Both the position numbers and the translations under genes were made by a program. From Eledone cirrhosa (taxonomy: Eukaryota), in contig OZ024746.1 in the NCBI GenBank assembly GCA_964016885.1, positions 24,614,001 to 24,678,000 on the forward strand: DNA of 64,000 bases. Reading direction: 5' to 3'. The notes beneath the pieces were generated by a model. It had not been told where the DNA came from and did no database searches. It saw only the letters and a list, made by a program, of their open reading frames with translations. Shown piece after piece: positions 11,896-22,006 of the stretch; position 1 is the stretch's first letter; each line of letters opens with the position of its first letter.

Positions 11896-12052
11896 ATATA
11901 TATATATATAATATAGTAATAATAATAAATTTGAAGACTAAAATCCAAAGAGGGCTCGATAAGGATAAATATATATCAAATATATAAGAACCGTAGAGCA
12001 AATATTTTAATAAATTAATATATATATAATATATATATATATATAATATATA

Positions 12053-12126
<74 letters not shown>

Positions 12127-12271
12127 TGGTAAATCACTGATGAGGGACTCATTTTATAACATGTTATCCATGTGCAACCATGCAGTATTCTACCTCCCCA
12201 TTTTTTCACATATATATATATATATATATACGATATTAAACAAATGGAAACTATATTTATAAAACCATATC

Positions 12272-12337
12272 TATTTCATTATACATATTTCAGGGATTCC
12301 ATATTAAAAATATGGCATGCCTTCTTCAGATAAAATA
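12272..12337 (-). ncRNA. Type I hammerhead ribozyme motif, sense to the NPAS4-like pre-mRNA (intronic)
   Basis: Inverted copy of the 12433-12498 motif with one substitution in stem II; core intact. Confidence 0.75.
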
Positions 12338-12432
12338 CAATATATAAGCAGTTTTATAAATAAATTTGACGTACCATAAGATATTGATCAACTTCCATTT
12401 AAAAAAGTTGGTTATATATTGCTTATATATTG

Positions 12433-12498
12433 TATTTTATCTGAAGAAGGCATGCCATATTTTTAATATGGTATCCCTGAAATATGTATAATGAAATA
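12433..12498 (+). ncRNA. Type I hammerhead ribozyme motif
   Basis: Stem I UAUUUUAU/AUGAAAUA; core CUGAAGA (12441); stem II AGG-c-AUGCCAUAUU-uuu-AAUAUGGUAU-c-CCU; GAAA (12479); near-palindromic minimal stem III AUAUGUAU; cleavage triplet AUA. Confidence 0.78.
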
Positions 12499-12625
12499 GA
12501 TATGGTTTTATAAATATAGTTTCCATTTGTTTAATATCGTATATCTACTCCAAAACTTGTTGAGTGCTTTATATCAGTTATAAAATATTTACTCGTTGTA
12601 ACCCAACAATTTTAAATAAAACTTT

Positions 12626-12667
<42 letters not shown>

Positions 12668-13123
12668 TTTCTTTCCTGAAGTGTGTATGCATTTTATTGA
12701 CGGACTGTATATATTTGTTTATTTCTATTGTTACATATACAACAAACATTGTTAAGATGTTCAGGAGAAGATGGTGGAAGAATGGCAACATTCAGATATT
12801 TCGTTTATATATAAGGGCCGAAACACTTGCATGTGGTGTGGTTTTTTTCTCTGAAGACCTTCTGCTGTCCAGCTCACTTCAGAGTTCCTTACCACCTTAG
12901 AATGCATGAGAGTGTCCTTGACTCTATTCAGATTTTGCGAAATTTTTACAACGTGGCACCAAAGGTAGCTAAGGTCAAGATAACTGTGTTAAACAGGTCG
13001 ACGGATTAAATCTATCACTCAAATCGGCATTGGTGCGATTTGAACTCAGAACATATGGCATCCCATAGAAGGAAGAGGAGGAATGGGGAAGGGGATGGAG
13101 GAGGAGGAGGCAAATGAACTCAC

Positions 13124-13230
13124 ATTGAATATGTTTGGTTTGTCCTTCCCATATATCTTCAGGGTGTAAAAATGAATACCAAGACTTGGAGATTATTTCT
13201 TCGCTGGAGAATCCCAAATGAAATTCACCA
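13124..13230 (-). CDS. NPAS4: PAS-B exon
   Basis: atttcag|(S)GEFHLGFSSEEIISKSWYSFLHPEDIWEGQTKHIQ|gtgagt; SWY..LHPED is the PAS-B hallmark; phase 2 in, phase 1 out. Confidence 0.92.
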
Positions 13231-13294
13231 CTGAAATCAGAAAAAAAAAAGATTTCAAATAATAAAGGTTTCTAACGTAGTAATTTGTAGGGTG

Positions 13295-13790
13295 GAGTAG
13301 AAAGTCAGTTCTATCGACACCAATACCTAACTTATTTTATTGACCTCGGAAGGATGATAAGCAAAGTTGACCTTGGCGGAATGTGAACTCAGAACGTAAA
13401 GTGCGCTGCACCATTTAGTTACGATCCTTCAAGTTCTGAGTTCAAATCCTGCCAGAGTTAAATTTGACATTAATCTTTCCGAGGTCGATAAAATAAAATA
13501 CCAGATAATTACTGGGTTAATATAATGGAATTTCACCTTCCTCAAAATTGATAGACTTGAGTCAAAGTTAGAGAGAAAAAAATAATGATTTCTAATTTAG
13601 GAACAAGGCCAGTAATTAGGAAGAATAGAAAGTCTATTAAATCGACCCCAGCACTTAATTGGTACTTTCTTTTATCGACACCGGAAGGATGACAGGCAAA
13701 GTTGACTTCAGCGAGATTTGAACTCAGAACGTAGAAAGTCCTAACTATATACCGCGAAGCATTTTGTCCGAGATTCTAACAATTCTGCCA
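13295..13790. mobile_element. Cluster of three fragments of the dominant tRNA-like SINE in alternating orientation
   Basis: ttctgagttcaaat..cgcc.agg...actttgc...catcctt.cg.ggtcgataaaataa motif on - (13295-13400), + (13430-13570) and - (13590-13790). Confidence 0.75.
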
Positions 13791-14341
13791 AATATACTAA
13801 AATATCTCTATCAATTTATTTTCTTTTTTTTTAACAGGCATACATTACACACACGCAGAGGCGCGCGATGACCATCATCACTGCCACCAACACATCAAGT
13901 TGACAAGTCAATTATAAAAAACCCAATAAAGTTCAATTACAACAACAACAACAACAACAACACCCCCTCCCCCTCCCCCTCTCTCTCCCTCTCCCTCTTT
14001 CTCTCTCTTCACGTACTTCATCTCTCCGTCTAGTAGATCACATGATCACATCACCTTAGTATGTTCTGCTGACACAGGCATGGCTGAGTAGAGAATCATT
14101 AAGTTCTAGAACGACCTCGGTTCCTTACCAATGTATCTGCTGAATATATATTGAGGAACACCAACAGTGTGAAACAGAATCTGTCAGCTTCTCCCCCTTC
14201 CTTTGCCGAAAAAAGAAGTAAGTGACATGGTCACTATTTTAAAATGATAGCGCAAGGTCTTCAAAATGTTTTTAATTAAACATACGGTATATTGCCAAAT
14301 ATACTATACATACATTCCTATATATATATATATATATATAT

Positions 14342-14688
14342 AGAAGAAGAAGAAGAAGAAGAAGAAGAAGAAGAAGAAGAAGAAGAAGAAGAAGAAGAAG
14401 AAGAAGAAGAAGAAGAAGAAGAAGAAGAAGAAGAAGAAGAAGAAGAAGAAGAAGAAGAAGAAGAAGAAGAAGAAGAAGAAGAAGAAGAAGAAGAAGAAGA
14501 AGAAGAAGAAGAAGAAGAAGAAGAAGAAGAAGAAGAAGAAGAAGAAGAAGAAGAAGAAGAAGAAGAAGAAGAAGAAGAAGAAGAAGAAGAAGAAGAAGAA
14601 GAAGAAGAAGAAGAAGAAGAAGAAGAAGAAGAAGAAGAAGAAGAAGAAGAAGAAGAAGAAGAAGAAGAAGAAGAAGAAGAAGAAGAAG

Positions 14689-14769
<81 letters not shown>
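14342..14769 (+). repeat. Compound (GAA)~116(CAA)~26 tract, intronic
   Basis: Direct reading; uninterrupted. Confidence 0.95.
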
Positions 14770-14774
<5 letters not shown>

Positions 14775-14811
14775 GATGTTACATATGTGATTTTGCACGT
14801 ATGTATATATA

Positions 14812-14844
<33 letters not shown>

Positions 14845-14877
14845 TATGGAATACTGTTGGCTTTTTCTATACCTTTC

Positions 14878-14918
<41 letters not shown>

Positions 14919-15067
14919 ATAAAAGAGAAAACACAGGTAAGCATTAAAAAAGGTTTTTATCCAGGTATTTACGACCGTTACATTGGTAAGTGCAGCCTTA
15001 TATTGCTATACTGCAAATAGCAGCCACTGAAACCGTCCATGAAACTATATATATATGTGTATATGTA

Positions 15068-15142
<75 letters not shown>

Positions 15143-15415
15143 GCATATTTGTATGTGGATGCTGGGTTTATATTTACAATGTGTGCTATATGATCACGAA
15201 TTAGAAATTCGGAACATAATATGAGGGATGACGCTAGTACAAGAGCCGTACAGAGAGGGAGAGGGAGAAAGTGGGAGAGAGGGAGAGACACGAGAGGGGG
15301 GAGGGGGTGTATGAGGAAGATGATCCAAATAACCATGGTTGACAGCGATATGTTTCAGTGAAACTACGCTGGGATGACCTAAAGTCAAATGGAGAAGATT
15401 AGAGTTTCACCTCAC

Positions 15416-15603
15416 CTGTGTGATATCTCCAAGTAGGTCATATCGAGACGATGTGCCGACTTAAATATCATCGTATCACTGAGCAAAAGTGTGTCTTTGC
15501 TGTCAATAGTTATCAGGGGATAACAAAATGAGGCGAACACTAATTGTTCCCCGCCTCGTTCTGGATCAGGAACCGCTACAAAATGTCCGCGGACGTGCAT
15601 CGT
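15416..15603 (-). CDS. NPAS4: End of PAS-A / start of PAS-B exon
   Basis: ttcaacag|TMHVRGHF...VFASFCYPLI...FKSAHRLDMTYLEISH|gtgagg; 188 nt, phase 0 in, phase 2 out. Confidence 0.9.
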
Positions 15604-16207
15604 CTGTTGAAGAAAGAAATAGAAAAAGATAGAAAACGTATAAAGACATGATGGAATGCATGACAACAAGTGAAATAGTGAACATGAATTAACTGTTAAT
15701 ATGGTGCCGTAATAAAAAGAGTTTGATTAGGTAGCGTCTGTAGATCCCATGCCAAATATGAATAAAAGATTAGTATTTGTCTGTCTATTTGTATGTATGT
15801 ATGTATGTATGCATATATGTATGTGTGTATGTATGTATAAACGCATGTAGGTTTATATATGTATATATGTATGTATGTATGTAGATGTTCAATGTTACTT
15901 GTTTTCGATGTGTTCAAATCCTACTGATGTCAACTTTGCTCTTCGTAATTCAAAGATTGATAAAATGTAGTGTACATCAATGGAATTTTTATCTCAGAAC
16001 TAAAAGGGACATAAAAAAAAAACCCACAAATTATTTTTTTTCAACCATCATACCCATTCTATCATTTCAGTTTCCTATATAAACATTCAATTATCGATCT
16101 GGTAAGATAATTTGGAACTTTAGCAACACTTCAAAAGAAAAACGTCTCTGTAAGAACACACACACACACATACATATATGTGTGTGGGTATATATATATA
16201 TATAAAG

Positions 16208-16260
<53 letters not shown>

Positions 16261-16428
16261 CAGACAGGCAGGCAGACAGGCCGAGACAGTAAGAGCTTTA
16301 AAAGTGTGTGAACATAAGAGAAGACAGATGGACTAAAAAGTCAGTAGGTTTTATTTGGTAAATCTCATCACATTTTAATCGATGAAGTCAGTGAAAAAAA
16401 TAGAAAGACTTAAAATAAGAAGAAAAGG

Positions 16429-16528
16429 TCGGCTGTGTGGACGAATAAATATCGATTGTCTATGTGTGTGTTTGGAGAGACACACACACACACACAGACA
16501 ATCGATATTTATTCGTCCACACAGCCGA
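16429..16528. repeat. Short foldback (33-bp perfect arms extended by TG/CA repeats)
   Basis: tcggctgtgtggacgaataaatatcgattgtct ... agacaatcgatatttattcgtccacacagccga. Confidence 0.9.
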
Positions 16529-16530
16529 AC

Positions 16531-16600
<70 letters not shown>

Positions 16601-16621
16601 GACACATACACACACTAACAC

Positions 16622-16652
<31 letters not shown>

Positions 16653-17189
16653 TTCAAGTATCAATGTCTCTCAGAAAAGGTTGATAAAAATATCTGTTTT
16701 CTCATCAAACACTTAGATAATGGTTTGTAGGTTCTTTTCGAACATTGCAACAACGTAGTCATCGTCTGCACATTGAAAGTCTAACAGTGATGTGCTTGTA
16801 GTCTTGTTCTTTGATTTCATTATGTTAACCCTTTCGTTACTATATTTATAATCTAAGACAGTGCCATTTTTTTTTTTTTTAAATAATGAAGAATTTAAAG
16901 TCGTTATGTAACATAACTAAATTTTTTTTCAGCATTAATCTCGTGTTTTATGTATAACTTTAAAAATAATCATACAAACGAGTAAATTTATAATTGAAAG
17001 ATTTTAAATAACATAAATAGATATGTATAGTAGAGGCAAGTTCGGTTTGAGGTGGTTTGGTATGAAAAAGGTTAGAGTTGAATAGGGTTCCATCGATTCT
17101 AGAAAAAATTTCACTGCTAATTGGTAACTTGTCCCTGAATACATACATACATATATATATATATGCGTGTGTATAGCTAGCTAGCTAGC

Positions 17190-17427
<238 letters not shown>

Positions 17428-18064
17428 TAATCATAGATATAGATATATATTACTATTATTCGATAAACATGATCAGATTCAAAATGGAGGTTACGTGTTG
17501 TTTTTTATTGAATATTTTTACCCTCCATTACGTTCTTCATGTCACAATAATTTACATTTATCATTCGCCTTCTACAGGTGTATTTACTTAACACCACCAC
17601 CACTATCAACCACCTACCCTAAAAGTCAAAACCTCAACCACCACCATCACCATTACCATTACCATCACCAACAGTAATGCTAACAAAATAAACTAAGGTA
17701 AGTTTACATCTTGTGTTGTTGTAGTTGGTTGTGATAGTTTCTGTTACTTTTCTTCCTATTCCTCCGTGTTTATAATATATTTCTGAAGAAAAACCGCATT
17801 TTTTGCTGCTAGTGTACACTTTGTCCTCATCCCTCGAACTTTCAGTCATTTTTTATTCCCACTAAGTCTTCCTCATTTTTTAGATGCTTTTCAGTTTTTT
17901 TCTAATTATTATTCTATCTTCTTTTTTTTTAATATTTGGTTTCGTCATCCATGAAAGTCTTCCAGTTTTCCCTTAGACATTCTTCTTTACTCACTCTATC
18001 TCATTGTCTCCCTCTCTATATCTCTATCTATCTCTATTTACTCCCACTCCCTTTCTTATTCCCC

Positions 18065-18109
<45 letters not shown>

Positions 18110-18225
18110 CATGTGTGTGTGTGTGTATGTATGTGTGTGTCTGAGAAAATATTTGCGTATTTGTATTTGTAAATCCGCGTATTAATGCATCTAGGTATGT
18201 ATGTGGGTACGTCCGCTTATGTGAA

Positions 18226-18333
<108 letters not shown>

Positions 18334-18358
18334 TAGATAGATAAAGGAATAGATAGAT

Positions 18359-18403
18359 TTCTTTATTAGCCACAAGGGCGCAACAAGAAAAGGGGACAAT
18401 ACA
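18359..18403 (-). mobile_element. Severely 5'-truncated (45 bp) Tx1-like LINE insertion with a 16-bp TSD
   Basis: Matches the 3' end of the 22-26.6 kb element (ttctttattagccacaagggcgc..caagaaaaggggacaa); flanked by the direct repeat aaaggaatagatagat at 18343-18358 and 18404-18419. Confidence 0.85.
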
Positions 18404-18438
18404 AAAGGAATAGATAGATAGATAGATAGATGTCTTAC

Positions 18439-18621
18439 TTTGACGTCACCGAACCCTGATTGCCGCTTTACACTTCTTGACATATTCATACGACAGAAGA
18501 AAGCTAATGGCTGTCCCGGAATAACATCCGTCCCTCCTCGTAAAAGCTGCGCCTGGACTGTAATGTGATCCCTTTTATCAATTATATCAAAAAGACTGTC
18601 CCCTTGAGTCTTCATATCCAC
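18439..18621 (-). CDS. NPAS4: PAS-A exon (second part)
   Basis: ttttccag|VDMKTQGDSLFDIIDKRDH...FFCRMNMSRSVKRQSGFGDVK|gtaaga; the QGDS.FDIID..DH and F.CRMN.SRS..RQ motifs are NPAS4-like; 183 nt. Confidence 0.92.
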
Positions 18622-19764
18622 CTGGAAAATAAATAAATATCGTATAGTTTATATGAAGCCTTGTGAGATATATGGTTAGGGTTGTTCAGGGAAAGTTAGC
18701 ACAATGTAAGTTAGAAATGAAGAAGTGAACACTAGAGTAAGAAAAAAAAACAGAGTTTACTATTTTACATTATATTTCGTAATATTTCGAGGTTATGACC
18801 ATTTTTTCAATATCATGAACTATTATGAAATATAAGGGGAAAATATAAGCTGTTGGTTTTTTTTTCTTTTGCTTTTTGTTATACTTTACTCTAATTTTCA
18901 CTCTTTTGTTTCTAACCTGTACACTACTGGCTTTCCCTACACCAATCTTAACCGCATAAGAATCATTGAGAAATCTGCTATCTCTATTGTGGTAAGGGAA
19001 AAGACATTATAATTTCAGTTTTTGTTGAAATAATTATTTTAGAGAGGAAAGTATCCTTAAACCGACCTCACCCGAAAGCTTTCAGCAGATTAGACTCCAG
19101 TTATGACTATCAATAGATAGGTAGTTATTAAACATGGCGATTAAGTCTATCACCCAAGTAGACCACGGTGGAATTTAAACTCAGAAAGTAAAGAACAAGA
19201 ATAAATACCGCAATGCATTCCATCCAATTCTTTAACAATTTATTATCGATAATGAAGGGTGTGAGGCAAAGTTGACCTCACAACATAGTGAGCAGGAATA
19301 AATACTACTGCAAGGCATTTTATCCGAGGCTCTATCGATACTGCGGACTTATTGATATTACGAGTATATAATATACAAGATTTCTTTTTATTAAATAGCT
19401 GAAACTTTTGGAAGCACGTTGGATGGACTATACTTGTAATTCAAAATGGCCAGACTTGTCACAGTGTCTCATGCTGAATCTCCCTGATAAATACGTTTCT
19501 GTGGAATTCTCAGCTACTGACACTATAATACAAGTTGTATCTGTAATTAAAAGGGTCAGCTTTACCACAATGAGTCAGCTTTGTCCCATAATGTCATACA
19601 GTAACTCCATGAGATTTACGTTAATGTAAACGTTTCTCTGAAATGCTCAGCTACTTTAATTTCACGAGCGGGCTGTTCTGTTGATCGAATAATTGGTACC
19701 CTCATCGTCGAAACGGACAGAAGCCCATTCTAACGAAATAGCAATGTAGTTGGTGTATACCTAC

Positions 19765-19854
19765 CATAGAATGGCCCAAATATTCCGTTACATTTTCTGA
19801 AATGTAGACTAGCTTCCCATCTCTTGTAGTAATAAGTAGGAAACCAGCCAACGC
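19765..19854 (-). CDS. NPAS4: PAS-A exon (first part)
   Basis: ctattgcag|[30 protein letters not shown]|gtaggt; typical PAS-A signature, 90 nt, phase 0/0. Confidence 0.92.
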
Positions 19855-19914
19855 CTGCAATAGAAACCAAACATAAGAGTGTAAGGTAGATCATCATCAT
19901 CATCATCATCATCA

Positions 19915-19948
<34 letters not shown>

Positions 19949-20399
19949 TGTCATCGTTATTATCATTATTTTTTTATCGCTATTATTTTAAGGTACAGAA
20001 CACTGACAATCTTAAGCAGGATAATTTTCTAGAATATATCCAAGGCCTCAATAATAGACAGAGAAATGTGGTGCACGTCATGTAACATACATATGTAGTT
20101 AACTGAGAGAAAACCGAGAACTGAACTTGCTCCTGGATAATACGCCAGCCTGACAAGAGGTTAACTCAGCTGTTTTAAGTACTATTTTTTCAGCTGAGGG
20201 AACCGGAACAACGTGGATACAACGTGAAATGAAGTGCCTTGGTGAGTGCCAAATACTCTACCCAATTCAGGACTGAACCCACGACTTTACGATTGTGAGA
20301 TCATCACTGTAACCACTAGGCCATATACGTTTAATGAAGATGTCTAAAGGATCTTGATCAAAATGTTTTATTGAATTTATGAGAGAAAAAGCAGCTTAC

Positions 20400-20449
20400 C
20401 TGGAAAAAGTCAAAAGGTGTTTCCGAAGCAGTACTACTGGTCCCGAACC
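20400..20449 (-). CDS. NPAS4: 50-nt linker exon between bHLH and PAS-A
   Basis: ttttttgcag|...|gtaagc; encodes (W)FGTSSTASETPFDFFQ; phase 1 in, phase 0 out, fitting both neighbours. Confidence 0.82.
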
Positions 20450-20568
20450 CTGCAAAAAAGAAATAATAATAAAATAAGGGGAATTATAAAAATGACAATT
20501 AGCGAGAGCACAACACGGTGTGATTGACGATAAAAACGCACAAACATATACAATACAATATAGTTGTG

Positions 20569-20629
<61 letters not shown>

Positions 20630-20959
20630 TGCAGTGACCATAGTACCAGTGTAAGAGCGTTCTATACATGTATTTCAAGATTTTACCATCATCAGCGATG
20701 CTTACTTACTACAAGGTATTGAGATATAGAAGACAATATCTATTTTAGTCGAAAGCTTATCTAAATCTATAGAGCAAGCTTGACTGGCTTGTATTAATCA
20801 ACGACAGCGCTAATAGAGAGTTACTCAGGATTAAATATTAAACCGATATACAATATGATGGTGATGATGATGAGTGGGGGGGGGGGGGAAGAAGAAGAAG
20901 AAGAAGAAGAAGAAGAAGGAAATGAACGGAGTAAAAATAGTGTTTTTTTTTCTACTTAC

Positions 20960-21126
20960 ATCTGCTCATGATGTTACACTTTCGAATGTAAACACATGAA
21001 AGAGACATTATCTGAAGCTGAGAAAGTCGCTGCCGCGCTGTCTCGGCCAGAGGAAGCAAATCTCGCATCATGTTAATCTGTGCATTGATCTGGTCCCGTC
21101 TCTGTTTCGATGCCCCCTTGGTCGAC
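20960..21126 (-). CDS. NPAS4: bHLH exon of an NPAS4/dysfusion-family bHLH-PAS transcription factor
   Basis: Translates (R)[50 protein letters not shown], matching the NPAS4/Dysfusion basic region STKGASK.RRD.IN. Acceptor ttcgtttcag, donor gtaagt; phase 2 in, phase 1 out. Confidence 0.92.
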
Positions 21127-21946
21127 CTGAAACGAAAATTATAACAGAAATACAATCATGAAAGAACAAAGCAATTGCACACTCAGCTACAAGGCGGGCA
21201 CTTAACTCTTCATAGAGTCGTACAGGGCGCCGTCGGGATACAAAACGAGTCTTGAGGATTTTAAACAGCGGAACGCATCCCTCTCCAGATCTGAAGCCAG
21301 CCCATTTCTTCTAAAGAAGGAGAGAGATAGAAAAAGAATCGATCCCAATACTTGTACATTATTGATAAATAAATAAATGAATAAATAAATATATAAAGAG
21401 GACCTCCGTCGGATTTAACGATCAGTGTTCCAGTTGTTCGATCAACGAAACAGCTTACTCATAAAATCAATGTCTAAAGGACTGAGCATTCCACGGACAC
21501 CATGTACTCTTCATTCAAATCTTAGGTATGACAGAGCGCGATAAAGCTTGGCCTTTGAATTACAGGTGAAATCCAGAGAGAAAGAGAAATAATAGAAGGT
21601 AAAGTCGTAGTACTGGACTGATAGGTACTTATTTATCAACCACGAACAAATAAAAAAGCAAAGTTGACCCCAGCGGTATTTAAATACAGAGATCAGGAAA
21701 CCGGAACAGATACCGCAAAAATTATATCTGACGCTCCAGTAATTCTGCTATTTCAACAACTTACGAATGTAAATATTTCACGAAGTGGTGTTCGCTTCCT
21801 CATGGGACATACAAAACGAGATAGAGAGAGGGGAGATGGCGAGCAAGAACTACAGGGTGCGGGAGAAAGTGAAAGAGGATGAGAAAGGGGATGGCGAGAG
21901 AAAGAGAGACATACAGACCGACAGATAGATAAACAGACAGACAGGC

Positions 21947-22005
<59 letters not shown>

Positions 22006-22006
<1 letters not shown>

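Larger units (their letters stand above)
12228..12628. mobile_element. Penelope-like foldback element (family A) with a hammerhead motif in each arm
   Basis: Inverted arms of about 125 bp (12228-12350 / 12420-12543) plus a unique tail, bounded by (TA)n; homologous copy in the opposite orientation at 61405-61790. Confidence 0.8.

Noticed and set aside
14292-15020. Poly-E/poly-Q ORF
   Set aside because: Pure GAA/CAA microsatellite within an intron on the opposite strand.
18441-18448. Perfect CRE site TGACGTCA
   Set aside because: Lies in coding sequence (G-D-V-K codons); no independent regulatory evidence.
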